Part shown: positions 36,578 to 46,213 of the stretch, piece by piece
Numbering within the stretch: the first letter of the stretch is position 1
How the letters are laid out: every line of letters begins with the position of its first letter
Source: Minisyncoccota bacterium
Lineage (GTDB): Bacteria > Patescibacteriota > Minisyncoccia > Phycocordibacterales > UBA9973
Assembly (NCBI GenBank): GCA_041664465.1
Contig: JBAYKP010000004.1
Location: 6,876 to 70,875, forward strand
Length of the DNA: 64,000 nucleotides
Reading direction: 5' to 3'
Translations under genes and position numbers: made by a program
The notes under the pieces: generated by a model
Databases searched by the model: none
What the model saw: only the letters and a program-made list of their open reading frames with translations
Told to the model about the DNA's origin: nothing

Positions 36578-38854
36578 ATGGAAAATGAAATTCCACACAA
36601 TCGTGACATCACTTATTTTGGTAAGACGAACTTTCGTAGTAGCAATACTATTTTCGGTATAAAAAGGAAAGACCGTCGTCAGCATATGTATATACTTGGT
36701 AAGTCAGGTACTGGTAAGTCTGTTCTTCTCTCTAATCTTATTTCTCAAAATATCCAAAATGGCGAAGGCGTCTGCGTCGTAGACCCTCACGGAGAAACAG
36801 TAGAAGAGATTCTCCATCTCATTCCTGATCACAGAGTTAAAGATGTTATATACTTCAATCCAGCTGATACGGACTTTCATATTGGCTTCAATGTCATTCA
36901 GCTTGATGATCCAAAGTACAAGCACTTGGTGGCTTCGGGGCTTATGGGGATTTTCACGAAGATTTGGGCGAATGCGTGGAGTTCAAGAATGGAATACATC
37001 CTAAACAATGCAATTCTTGCTTTGCTTGATACACCTGGTACAACGCTTCTCGGAATTCCTCGTCTTCTAGTGGACAAGGATTATCGTCAGATGATAATTG
37101 GCAATCTGAAAGATCCAGTAGTCAAAGCTTTCTGGGTCCACGAGTATGAGCAATGGCGTGAACAGTTCCGAAATGAAGCCATCGCTCCGATTCAGAACAA
37201 AGTAGGACAGTTCCTTTCTACTTCTATTATTCGTAATGTTGTCGGTCAGCCGAAATCCACTATTGATATTTTTGACATAATGAATAGTGGGAAAATTTTC
37301 CTTGTGAACGTTTCAAAGGGGCGTATCGGTGAAGACAATTCGGCTCTCCTCGGTGGTATGATTATTACCAAGATTCAGCTTGCTGCGATGGAGCGTGTAC
37401 GTATACCTGAGGACGAACGTAAAGACTTTTATTTATATGTCGATGAATTCCAGAACTTTGCTACAGATGCGTTTGCCAATATTCTTTCTGAGGCTCGCAA
37501 ATACCGTTTGAATCTTACTGTCGCCCACCAGTATACTGCTCAGCTTGAGAATAAAGATGGCTCGAAAGTTCGTGATGCTGTCTTTGGCAACGTCGGCACC
37601 ATGATCATTTTTCGTGTAGGAGGAGATGATGCTGAATTTTTAGAGAAAGAATTTGAGCCTGAATTCACAGCACTAGATTTAGTGAATTTACCGAACTATC
37701 ATATTTATATAAAGCTTATGATTGATGGAGTGACGAGTCGTCCATTCTCTGCGGTGACGTTGCCGCCACTTAAAGTTGATTTATCACTAGGAGTTAAAGA
37801 TAAAATTATAGAATCTTCTAGGAAGCTTTATACTCGTCCTCGTAAAGAAGTTGAAGATGAGATATCACGATGGAGTGGAATGCTTCAAGTGGGAGATGGT
37901 GAAGCGAAATATAAGGCTGATTGTTCAAACTGTGGAAAAGTTACGATGGTGCCTTTTGAGCCTCAGGAGGGTAGACCAGTTTACTGTAAAGAATGTATGT
38001 TTAAAATTAAGAGTGGAGAATTGAAGCCTGAGACTGGATTCATCGCTTCACGTTCATCTCGTCAAGAAGAGAAAGTTTCTACTGAACCTTTGGCTGCACT
38101 TGGTATAGAATTCGGGGTGACAGATAAGAATTTTAGAGTTTCCAAGAATCAAGAACAGACAAAAAATTCTGCCCCGATCAATATGGATACGAATCATCAC
38201 AATGGCCATATAAAATCTAATAATCTAGGAGGAAATATTAGTAACAATAATAATTATAAAAATAATTTTGTAAAACAAGAAAGGAGGCATACAGGTCCTT
38301 CTCCACTTTTGAAAGGATTATTGCAGAAAATAGGTATAAATAATGACAAAAAAGTAGATGAAGCTCCTAAAATAGAAGCCGTCGAAATTAAGAAAGAAGT
38401 ACCAGCTCCGATGTCTTTAGAATCTTTAAAAGCAAAAACAAATGAAGAAATTAAAAAGGATTTTGTAATACCAGCCAAGGAAGCATCCGAAGAAAAGAAA
38501 GCATCTTTGAAAGATTTGCTTGAAAAGACAGCAAATCATAATTTCCCAAAGGAAAGTCATTTGGAGGAAAAAGAAAAGGCTCAGGTTGCTTCGCAACCTG
38601 AGCCAGAAGTTAAAATTCCTGAGCCAGAAGTCATTTCACCAGTTCCTCAAAAAGAAGACAAGGTAGAGGCTGCTCCACAGGAAAATCTTTTTGAGAGGTC
38701 CTCGGATGAGGGAGGACAAGGTGCCAGACCATCTCAAAAAGACATTCCTGTTTCGCAACCAAAGCCCGAAACAAAATCAGATGCTGATTCTTGGCAGAAA
38801 CGTAAGATAAAGAAAGAAGTTCCAGAAGATGTGCTTCGTAAAGTATTAGAATAA
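36578..38854 (+). CDS. Soluble TraD/VirD4-like P-loop ATPase (paralog of 34172-35713) with a C-terminal CxxC...CxxC zinc ribbon and a long disordered tail
   Basis: 758 aa. Walker A ILGKSGTGKS, Walker B LYVDEFQN and AHQYTAQL, then CSNCGKVTMVPFEPQEGRPVYCKEC, then a low-complexity K/E/P-rich tail with PEPEV repeats. Confidence 0.5.
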   Translation: MENEIPHNRDITYFGKTNFRSSNTIFGIKRKDRRQHMYILGKSGTGKSVLLSNLISQNIQNGEGVCVVDPHGETVEEILHLIPDHRVKDVIYFNPADTDFHIGFNVIQLDDPKYKHLVASGLMGIFTKIWANAWSSRMEYILNNAILALLDTPGTTLLGIPRLLVDKDYRQMIIGNLKDPVVKAFWVHEYEQWREQFRNEAIAPIQNKVGQFLSTSIIRNVVGQPKSTIDIFDIMNSGKIFLVNVSKGRIGEDNSALLGGMIITKIQLAAMERVRIPEDERKDFYLYVDEFQNFATDAFANILSEARKYRLNLTVAHQYTAQLENKDGSKVRDAVFGNVGTMIIFRVGGDDAEFLEKEFEPEFTALDLVNLPNYHIYIKLMIDGVTSRPFSAVTLPPLKVDLSLGVKDKIIESSRKLYTRPRKEVEDEISRWSGMLQVGDGEAKYKADCSNCGKVTMVPFEPQEGRPVYCKECMFKIKSGELKPETGFIASRSSRQEEKVSTEPLAALGIEFGVTDKNFRVSKNQEQTKNSAPINMDTNHHNGHIKSNNLGGNISNNNNYKNNFVKQERRHTGPSPLLKGLLQKIGINNDKKVDEAPKIEAVEIKKEVPAPMSLESLKAKTNEEIKKDFVIPAKEASEEKKASLKDLLEKTANHNFPKESHLEEKEKAQVASQPEPEVKIPEPEVISPVPQKEDKVEAAPQENLFERSSDEGGQGARPSQKDIPVSQPKPETKSDADSWQKRKIKKEVPEDVLRKVLE

Positions 38855-38860
38855 ATTTTT

Positions 38861-40261
38861 ATGATTATCAAAAGAATAAAATATTCTATAGTCTTGCTCG
38901 TAATGTTTTTTTCTTTTGTAAATTTAGCTTGTGCTGGTCTTGAGATTACAGAGATAAATAATTCAAAAGCAACAGTCAATCGTTGGATTAAAATTTATAA
39001 TAATGACTCAAGTGAAACTCTGACGGAATGGTTTGTTATGGATGATCATCTTCCGTTATTAACTGGTGGTTTTTGGCATTCTCACGCAATTAAGGCTGAT
39101 GGTTCTTCGACATTAGCTCCTAATTCTTACGCCATAATAACAAATTATTCTAACATAGAAACTTTTAAAACTAAAAATCCAGATATTTCAGGTATGCCAT
39201 TGTTTTATGGAAGTTTAACCTTTGAAAAAGAAGGAATAGAAGGAACTATGGGTCTTAGTAAGGACAAAAAAACAATCATTGGTCAATTGTCTTATGGTGG
39301 AGCCAGCACTTCATTAAATAATGATTCCTCAGCTAATTCATCTGAAGAAAATCCAGTAGACGAAACAGTTGATCTTATCCCTGTTAACAATAAGATTCCT
39401 ATAATTTATAAGATATCCACCAAAATTATTGCTCCCAAGATAGCCACAGCTGGTATTCCTTTTAGTATAGATCACAGTACAACTGGACTCAGTAAAGAGA
39501 AAATAGTTTTTGGTAAATTTATTTGGAATTTCGGTGACGGGATGAAAAAGGAGGGAAGTACATCAGACCCATTTGAATACATTTATGATTATCCCGGGGA
39601 GTATGTTCTCACCCTTTCATATACTGATTCTATTTTTGATACGAAGCCTGATGCGACTGACAGACTTACTATCAAAGTTATTCCTTCAGGAGTGGTCATA
39701 AGCTCTGTGGGGACTTATGCTGATCCATTTGTAGAGATAGAGAATAATTCAAGCTACGAAATGTCTCTCAATAAATGGATATTGAAAGGTAATGTTCATT
39801 CATTTTTAATTCCCGAAGGTATGGTAATCTTGCCAAATAAAAAGCTCAAACTCTCTCCACGTATTACCGGCTTTGATTTCAATGATTTGAGTTCTATTTC
39901 TATCATAGACCAATCAGGGCAAACCTTTGCAACCTATCCAAAACAAAATAAATTTTCCAAATCTTATTCATCCTATTCTACAAACGATAATTCAAATGGC
40001 AATATTGTGAAAGGGAATACTGTGGAAAGTAATAAAGTAGAAAGTCTGAAAAATAATGAAAATGTTATAAATTTAAATGACCTTGGTGCAAGTGCCGGCA
40101 ATGCTGATAATGGATTAAGTAATAAAACACTCATATATTTGGGTCTCATTGGCATTATCATAATAGGTATTGCCAGTGTAGTCCTCATCCGTCGCAAGGT
40201 AGACTATCCAGACTATGTGGAAAAGGAAATCAGTGCAAAAGATATGACGATAATAGAGTAG
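38861..40261 (+). CDS. Surface protein: signal/anchor, lamin-tail-like domain, PKD domain, second lamin-tail-like domain, C-terminal transmembrane anchor
   Basis: 466 aa. LTD-like LEITEINNS...WIKIYNNDSSETLTEW and FVEIENNSSYEMSLNKWILKG, a PKD motif WNFGDG, and a C-terminal hydrophobic helix followed by RRK. Confidence 0.55.
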   Translation: MIIKRIKYSIVLLVMFFSFVNLACAGLEITEINNSKATVNRWIKIYNNDSSETLTEWFVMDDHLPLLTGGFWHSHAIKADGSSTLAPNSYAIITNYSNIETFKTKNPDISGMPLFYGSLTFEKEGIEGTMGLSKDKKTIIGQLSYGGASTSLNNDSSANSSEENPVDETVDLIPVNNKIPIIYKISTKIIAPKIATAGIPFSIDHSTTGLSKEKIVFGKFIWNFGDGMKKEGSTSDPFEYIYDYPGEYVLTLSYTDSIFDTKPDATDRLTIKVIPSGVVISSVGTYADPFVEIENNSSYEMSLNKWILKGNVHSFLIPEGMVILPNKKLKLSPRITGFDFNDLSSISIIDQSGQTFATYPKQNKFSKSYSSYSTNDNSNGNIVKGNTVESNKVESLKNNENVINLNDLGASAGNADNGLSNKTLIYLGLIGIIIIGIASVVLIRRKVDYPDYVEKEISAKDMTIIE

Positions 40262-40274
40262 TTAGTCACAAGTC

Positions 40275-40340
40275 GTCAGCCACAAGTCGGACTTGTGGCA
40301 GAAATTATTTTGTAACACTTGCAAACGGCCGTTGCTAAGT
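40275..40340. terminator. Paired palindromes after the surface-protein gene, the second followed by a T-run (likely terminator)
   Basis: 19-bp palindrome ccacaagtc-g-gacttgtgg, then an imperfect hairpin aacacttgcaaacgg/ccgttgctaagtgtt, then ttggtttt. Confidence 0.35.
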
Positions 40341-40394
40341 GTTGCAAAGTTAAAAACTTGGTTTTAAGTATATTTTATTGTATTATTTAAATAT

Positions 40395-42065
40395 ATGAAA
40401 AATGAGGCTAAGACCTGCCAAAATTGCAAGAAAGACTTCATTATAGAGGCTGACGATTTTTCTTTCTATGAGAAGATCAAAGTCCCAGCACCGACTTGGT
40501 GCCCAGAGTGTAGACAGCAACGCCGATATGCATGGAGAAATGAAAGGACTCTATACAGAAGAAATTGTGATTTGTGTGGTAAGAGTACCGTGACTATTTA
40601 TTCTCCTAATAAAGATTTGAAAGTTTATTGCTTAAAATGCTGGTGGGGAGATGGTTGGGATCCTGCCAATTATGGCAAAGATTTTGATTTTTCAAGACCT
40701 TTTTTTGAGCAGTTCCATGAATTTCAAAAGGAAGTTCCTAGAATGGCACTTTTAAGTAAAAATAGTATCAATTCCGACTATACAAATCATTCAGGAGATA
40801 ATAAGAATACTTATCTATCTTTCTGTTGTTTTAATACGGAAGATGTTTTTTACTCAACATGGATATTTAAGTCAAGAAATTGTATGGATTCTAGTTATAT
40901 TTATGATAGTGGAGAAAGATTGTATGAATCTATTGATTCTCGTAAGGCATATCATTGTCAATATGGAATTCTTTTAGAAAATTGCGTTGATTGTTTATAT
41001 TGTTATGATTGTCATAATTGCAATGATTGTTTTATGTCTTCAAATTTGAGGAACAAAAGTAATGTATTTAAAAATGAACAATATTCTCGTGAAGCATATT
41101 TAGAAAAATTAAAAGAATATAATTTGAGTTCATATTTAGATCGTGAAAAATTATATAAGGAATTCCTAGATTTGATGGTTAATAATTCTATCCATCGTTA
41201 TGTGATAAGTGAACGTAATGTCAATTCTACTGGAAATCTAATATTTAATAGCAAAAATGCGATTAATTGTTTTGACGCTGAAACATTAGAAGATGTAAAA
41301 AGATCTTACGCAGTTCTTGACATGAAGGACTCTATAGATATATATCACGCTGGAACAAAATCAGAACTTTGTTATGAATGCCATGGTTGCACTCGTATTT
41401 ATAATGTAAAATTTTCACATCTTTGTTATGACAATAGAGATATCTCGTACTGTGACTCATGCCAAAACTCTCAAAATCTTTTTGGGTGTATTTCTGTCAA
41501 AAAGGGTGAATATATGATTTTAAATAAAAAGTATTCAAAAGAAGAATATCTAGAATTAAAAGAAAAGATAATAGAACATATGAAGAAGGGAGGGGAGTAT
41601 GGAGAATTCTTCCCACCATCTATTTCTCCTGTTTGTTATAATGAAACTCAAGGCAATTATTATATGCCAGAAACTAGAGATGCAATCTTGGCTCGTGGTT
41701 GGCGATGGGAAGATAAAGTCCTGGGTACTTTTGGTAAAGAAACAATACAGCCTGAAGATATTCCTGACAATATAGAAGATATAGATGATTCTATTACAAA
41801 AGAGATATTGAAGTGTATAACTTGCACGAAGAATTATAATATTACCCCAGATGAATTAACTTTTTATAAAAGAGAAAATATTCCTATCCCTAAAAATTGC
41901 CCGGAATGTAGATACAAGAAGCGATTTGCCCTACGCTTACCTCGCAGACTCTGGCACAGAAGCTGTATGCACGAAGGCTGTAATAATGAATTCGAGACTA
42001 GCTATGCACCAGAAAGACCGGAGATAGTGTATTGTGAAAAGTGCTATCAGCAAGCAATTTTATAA
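40395..42065 (+). CDS. Cysteine-rich protein with N- and C-terminal zinc-ribbon-like modules (paralog 1)
   Basis: 556 aa. The N-terminal CQNCKKDFIIEADDFSFYEKIKVPAPTWCPECR...CDLCGK...YCLKCW is mirrored by the C-terminal CITCTKNY...FYKRENIPIPKNCPECR...YCEKCYQQ. The central region has a 5-residue Cys/Asn periodicity (NCVDCLYCYDCHNCNDC). Confidence 0.4.
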   Translation: MKNEAKTCQNCKKDFIIEADDFSFYEKIKVPAPTWCPECRQQRRYAWRNERTLYRRNCDLCGKSTVTIYSPNKDLKVYCLKCWWGDGWDPANYGKDFDFSRPFFEQFHEFQKEVPRMALLSKNSINSDYTNHSGDNKNTYLSFCCFNTEDVFYSTWIFKSRNCMDSSYIYDSGERLYESIDSRKAYHCQYGILLENCVDCLYCYDCHNCNDCFMSSNLRNKSNVFKNEQYSREAYLEKLKEYNLSSYLDREKLYKEFLDLMVNNSIHRYVISERNVNSTGNLIFNSKNAINCFDAETLEDVKRSYAVLDMKDSIDIYHAGTKSELCYECHGCTRIYNVKFSHLCYDNRDISYCDSCQNSQNLFGCISVKKGEYMILNKKYSKEEYLELKEKIIEHMKKGGEYGEFFPPSISPVCYNETQGNYYMPETRDAILARGWRWEDKVLGTFGKETIQPEDIPDNIEDIDDSITKEILKCITCTKNYNITPDELTFYKRENIPIPKNCPECRYKKRFALRLPRRLWHRSCMHEGCNNEFETSYAPERPEIVYCEKCYQQAIL

Positions 42066-42119
42066 ATGTAACAGATTTCTGCGATCGTCGAAAAGTGTTA
42101 TGATGAATAAATAATATAT

Positions 42120-43796
42120 ATGGAACAAAAATCAGCAACAAAGAATTGCCAGAATTGTAAGAAAGACTTCATTATAGAGCCAGATGATTTTTCATTTTAT
42201 GAGAAGATGCAGGTGCCTGTACCCAATGTTTGCCCTGATTGTCGTTTTAAAATGCGCGCTATGTGGAGAAATGAAATGACTCTTTATTCAGGTCAAAAAT
42301 GTGAAATGTGTAAGAAAAGTATTATTACTATATATAATCCAAAATCAAAATATATCAAATATTGTCATGATTGTTTTTATTCTGAGAAATGGAGCCCAAA
42401 AGATTATGCAAAATCGTACGATAAATCAAGACCATTTTTTGACCAAATGAAAGAATTATTGATAGAAGTTCCAAAAGACTGCTTAGGTATTTCTACTGGT
42501 GATGGCCAAAATATTAATAGTGAATATATTAATATGGCTTCTGGCTGTAAAAATTGTTATCTTGTTTTTAATACTAGCCCCGCTGAAGAGTTGCTTTATT
42601 CAAGAGGAATTAAAAATGGGACTTTTTCTTCAGATATTTATTTTGGAGTGAAATTTGAAAATTGCTATGACTGTGTTAGTGTCCAAGAATCAGCTAATGT
42701 TTTCTGGGGGCAAAATATTATAGGTTGTGTTAATTCATATTTTATTTTAAACGGTAGTGGTCTTACTAATTGTTTTGGATGTGTAAATTTAAGGAATAAA
42801 AGTAATTGCTGGTTTAATGAGCAACTTACTCCCGAAGAATATAAAAAAAGATTAAAAGAAGTTATGGGGAGTTATTCTAAAATTATTGAAGCTCGTAAAA
42901 AGTTTGAAGAATTTTGTTTACAGCACCCCCGCAGAGAAAATAATAATCTGAAGACTATTGATTGTGTAGGAGATTATTTAACTGAATGTAAAAATGTGGT
43001 GAATTCATTTGAGGTTGCAAAGTCTGAAGATTGTCGATATTTATTTTCATCTAAAGTGATTAAAGATTCTTTGGGGACTATAGGATTTGGAACGAATTCT
43101 GAAAGACTTTTAGAGGTTATCGCTACAGGATACTCTAGTAATGTGATAGGTTCATACTGGGCAGAAAATTCAAGCGACATAATGTATTCATTTGATCTAA
43201 GGAATTGTAATGATTGCATAGGTTGTGATGCACTTAGGAATGGTAAATATGCCATTTTTAATAAAGAGTATTCAAAGGAAGAATATGAAGAATTAAAAGC
43301 TCATATTATAAAAGAGCTTACAGAATTAGGTATACATGGGTTGATGATGCCGGTTACGATAGCTCCATTTGCTTATAATGAATCTATAGCACAAGATAAT
43401 TTTCCTTTGACCAAAGAGGAAGCCCTAGCACAAGGTTTCAGATGGGAAGATGACATACAGATGACTAAAAGCAAGGAAACCTTACAGCCAAATGAGATAG
43501 AGGATAATATAAAAGATGTGAAAGATTCTATAACGAGTGAGATATTAAAATGTATAACTTGTGAAAGAAATTATAAAATTACAGAACAAGAGCTTTTATT
43601 TTATAGAAAGATGAATTTACCAATTCCTCGTCAATGTTTCTTTTGTCGTCACCAAGATAGAATAAAAAGGCGAGGCCCATACAAATTCTGGGACCGTAAA
43701 TGTGATCATTGTGGTAAGGATATAAAGACAAATTATGCACCAGAAAGAAAAGAAATAATATACTGCGAAAAGTGTTATCAGCAAGAAGTAATTTAG
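42120..43796 (+). CDS. Cysteine-rich protein with N- and C-terminal zinc-ribbon-like modules (paralog 2)
   Basis: 558 aa. Same architecture as paralog 1 (CQNCKKDFIIEPDDFSFYEKMQVPVPNVCPDCR ... CITCERNYKITEQELLFYRKMNLPIPRQCFFCR ... YCEKCYQQ). Confidence 0.4.
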   Translation: MEQKSATKNCQNCKKDFIIEPDDFSFYEKMQVPVPNVCPDCRFKMRAMWRNEMTLYSGQKCEMCKKSIITIYNPKSKYIKYCHDCFYSEKWSPKDYAKSYDKSRPFFDQMKELLIEVPKDCLGISTGDGQNINSEYINMASGCKNCYLVFNTSPAEELLYSRGIKNGTFSSDIYFGVKFENCYDCVSVQESANVFWGQNIIGCVNSYFILNGSGLTNCFGCVNLRNKSNCWFNEQLTPEEYKKRLKEVMGSYSKIIEARKKFEEFCLQHPRRENNNLKTIDCVGDYLTECKNVVNSFEVAKSEDCRYLFSSKVIKDSLGTIGFGTNSERLLEVIATGYSSNVIGSYWAENSSDIMYSFDLRNCNDCIGCDALRNGKYAIFNKEYSKEEYEELKAHIIKELTELGIHGLMMPVTIAPFAYNESIAQDNFPLTKEEALAQGFRWEDDIQMTKSKETLQPNEIEDNIKDVKDSITSEILKCITCERNYKITEQELLFYRKMNLPIPRQCFFCRHQDRIKRRGPYKFWDRKCDHCGKDIKTNYAPERKEIIYCEKCYQQEVI

Positions 43797-43852
43797 ATAA
43801 TTAAGAAATGAGTAAGGCAAGACCTTACTCAAAATAAGGATATTTTTAATAT

Positions 43853-44632
43853 ATGCAAAATAAAAAACAACAACAAAATAAGAAAGATACCTCATGGAAT
43901 AGTGTTGCGAGCTGGTATGATGAACTGCTGAAGGGGGATGATAGCTACCAGGCGAAGGTTATACTGCCGAATTTGCTTCGGGTACTTGATTTAAAGAAAG
44001 GGGAGAATATTTACGATTTGGCTTGTGGGCAGGGATACTTTGCCAATATTTTTGTTCATATGGGGGCAAATGTAGTGGCTTCTGATTTATCTAAGAATCT
44101 TATAGAGACAGCGAAAAAGAATACTAAAGAAAAAATTAATTTCTATATTTCGCCTGCGCACAAAGCACAGTTCTTGAAAGATAATACTATTGATACTATC
44201 GTAATAGTTCTAGCAATTCAGAATATTGAGAATGTTGGGGAAGTCTTTGCTGAATGTAAGAGAATACTGAAGAAAGATGGAAGAATAGTTCTAGTTCTCA
44301 ATCACCCAGCATTTAGAGTCCCGCAGGGTAGTGATTGGTATTTTGCTGAGGGAGTACAGTCTCGTATAATTAGTCAATATCTTTCTCCCTCAAAAATTTA
44401 TATTGATATGACTCCGGGGGAGAAGAATCCGAAGAGGAAGATAAAGACCATATCATTCCATCGTTCGCTTCAAGATTATATGAAAGTGTTTTCCAAGAAT
44501 GGATTTGCTATTACGCGTCTAGAAGAATGGATTTCTCACAAGCAAAGTGGCATAGGCCCTCGTCAAGTAGTTGAAGACAAAGCTCGCAAAGAAATACCAA
44601 TGTTTATGTGTATAGAAATTAAAAAGATTTAA
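43853..44632 (+). CDS. Class I SAM-dependent methyltransferase
   Basis: 259 aa with motif I VLDLKKGENIYDLACGQGYF and a Rossmann-like methyltransferase fold. Confidence 0.75.
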   Translation: MQNKKQQQNKKDTSWNSVASWYDELLKGDDSYQAKVILPNLLRVLDLKKGENIYDLACGQGYFANIFVHMGANVVASDLSKNLIETAKKNTKEKINFYISPAHKAQFLKDNTIDTIVIVLAIQNIENVGEVFAECKRILKKDGRIVLVLNHPAFRVPQGSDWYFAEGVQSRIISQYLSPSKIYIDMTPGEKNPKRKIKTISFHRSLQDYMKVFSKNGFAITRLEEWISHKQSGIGPRQVVEDKARKEIPMFMCIEIKKI

Positions 44633-46144
44633 TTATTTTAATATTTTAATATCAGCACCGATGGAGTTTAATCTATCGGCGATTTCTTCGTATCCACGAT
44701 TGATCATATAGACATTGCGGAGGATTGAAGTGCCATTGGCCCCGAGCATACCGATGAGGATTATCATTGCAGGGCGGAGGGCTGGAGGGCAGACTATCTG
44801 GGCGCCTTTGAGTGGCGTCCCGCCCTCTATATAGACTCTGTGTGGATCGGCGAGAGTGATGCTAGCGCCAAGTCTATTTAATTCTGTGAAGTATATTGCA
44901 CGATTCTCATAGACCCAGTCGTGGATCATAGTCTGACCTTTGGCACGAATTGCAATAGGGACAAAGAATGGAAGATTATCCATATTAAGTCCTGGGTAAG
45001 GATTGGCGTGGATTTTATCTCCTAAGGCTTTTAATTTAGAAGGGAAGATGTGCAAGTCCACAAGATTAGTTCGTCCATTATATGATTTATAAACTTTAGA
45101 TATTTTATATTTAAGCCCCATCCTTTTTAATTTCTCTAATTCAAGAGAAAGGAAGTCAATAGGGCAGCGGGTTATTTTAAGTTCTGAGTCAGTGGCAATT
45201 GCTGCAGAGATGAACATCATAGATTCAATAGGGTCCTCACTATTGGTATATTCAATATCCATATCTATATCTTTGATTCCGTGTACTATTAGAGTAGAAG
45301 TGCCTATACCCTCTATCTTCACTCCAAGCTTTTCTAAGAAGAAGCAGATTTCTTGGACCATATAGTTGGCACTTGCGAATTTGATAGTAGTCGTACCGTT
45401 TATCCTTGCCACAGCGGTAAGAATATTCTCACAAGCTGTATCTCCAGCTTCGTACATGACAATGTTTCCTGGTTTTAATTTTTTACTTTCTATTTTGTAT
45501 TCATTGTTTGTAGTTTTAATTTTAACACCGAGGTCTTCTAGTGCATAAGTATGTGCTGATATTGTTCTTTTGCCGAGTTTGCATCCAGAAGCATGAGGAA
45601 TAGAAAATGTTGGTAAAAGGTGAATAAGCGGGCCGATAATCATTACGACAGAGCGAGTCTTCACTGCAGATTCTACATTTATTTTATCTAAGGTAAAAGT
45701 TGCTGGAGGAGTGACAATGAGAGAATTATTTGCAATCCATTTAATAGAGACGCCAATACTTTCAAGAATTTCGATGACCCTGTAGACTTCTTCGATGCGG
45801 GCGATGCCGTGGAGAGTAGTCTTGCCACGATTGAGTAGGGATGCACAGAGAAGTCCAACGGCGCCATTTTTGGAAAAGTTTGTATTGATAGTGCCATGTA
45901 GTTTTTTACCGCCAACAATTTGAAAGTCTATAGAATTATTGATAGAGACTATCTGGTGCTCTAATACTTCGCTTATTTTGCCAAGTATCTCAGTACTGAA
46001 ATTCTGCTCTCCTTTCTCCATTCGTGCAACTGCCGATTGGGAGGTCTCAAGCTCTTTCGCGAAAGCGTCTTGAGTTAGACCTCGACGTTCTCTTAATTCC
46101 TTTATAAAATAGCCTATTTTCTGTTGTTCTGTCTCTTTTTTCAT
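44633..46144 (-). CDS. murA: UDP-N-acetylglucosamine 1-carboxyvinyltransferase with an N-terminal XRE-type HTH domain fusion
   Basis: 503 aa. Residues 10-65 form an HTH_3 (IKELRERRGLTQDAFAKELETSQSAVARMEKG). The remainder is MurA (IVGGKKLHGTINTNFSKNGAVGLLCASLL, active-site Cys in HASGCKLGKRTI). Confidence 0.8.
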   Translation of the reverse strand: MKKETEQQKIGYFIKELRERRGLTQDAFAKELETSQSAVARMEKGEQNFSTEILGKISEVLEHQIVSINNSIDFQIVGGKKLHGTINTNFSKNGAVGLLCASLLNRGKTTLHGIARIEEVYRVIEILESIGVSIKWIANNSLIVTPPATFTLDKINVESAVKTRSVVMIIGPLIHLLPTFSIPHASGCKLGKRTISAHTYALEDLGVKIKTTNNEYKIESKKLKPGNIVMYEAGDTACENILTAVARINGTTTIKFASANYMVQEICFFLEKLGVKIEGIGTSTLIVHGIKDIDMDIEYTNSEDPIESMMFISAAIATDSELKITRCPIDFLSLELEKLKRMGLKYKISKVYKSYNGRTNLVDLHIFPSKLKALGDKIHANPYPGLNMDNLPFFVPIAIRAKGQTMIHDWVYENRAIYFTELNRLGASITLADPHRVYIEGGTPLKGAQIVCPPALRPAMIILIGMLGANGTSILRNVYMINRGYEEIADRLNSIGADIKILK

Positions 46145-46184
46145 ATATTGTTTATTATTGTTAATAATTACTATTTACTATTTT

Positions 46185-46203
46185 ATATCATATATGATAT
46201 AAT
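46185..46203. promoter_or_regulatory. 16-bp perfect palindrome atatcatatatgatat overlapping a TATAAT -10 box in the murA-murB divergent spacer
   Basis: Palindrome at 46185-46200 and TATAAT at 46198-46203, which ends 10 nt before the murB ATG at 46214. Confidence 0.4.
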
Positions 46204-46213
46204 TGCAAGAGTT

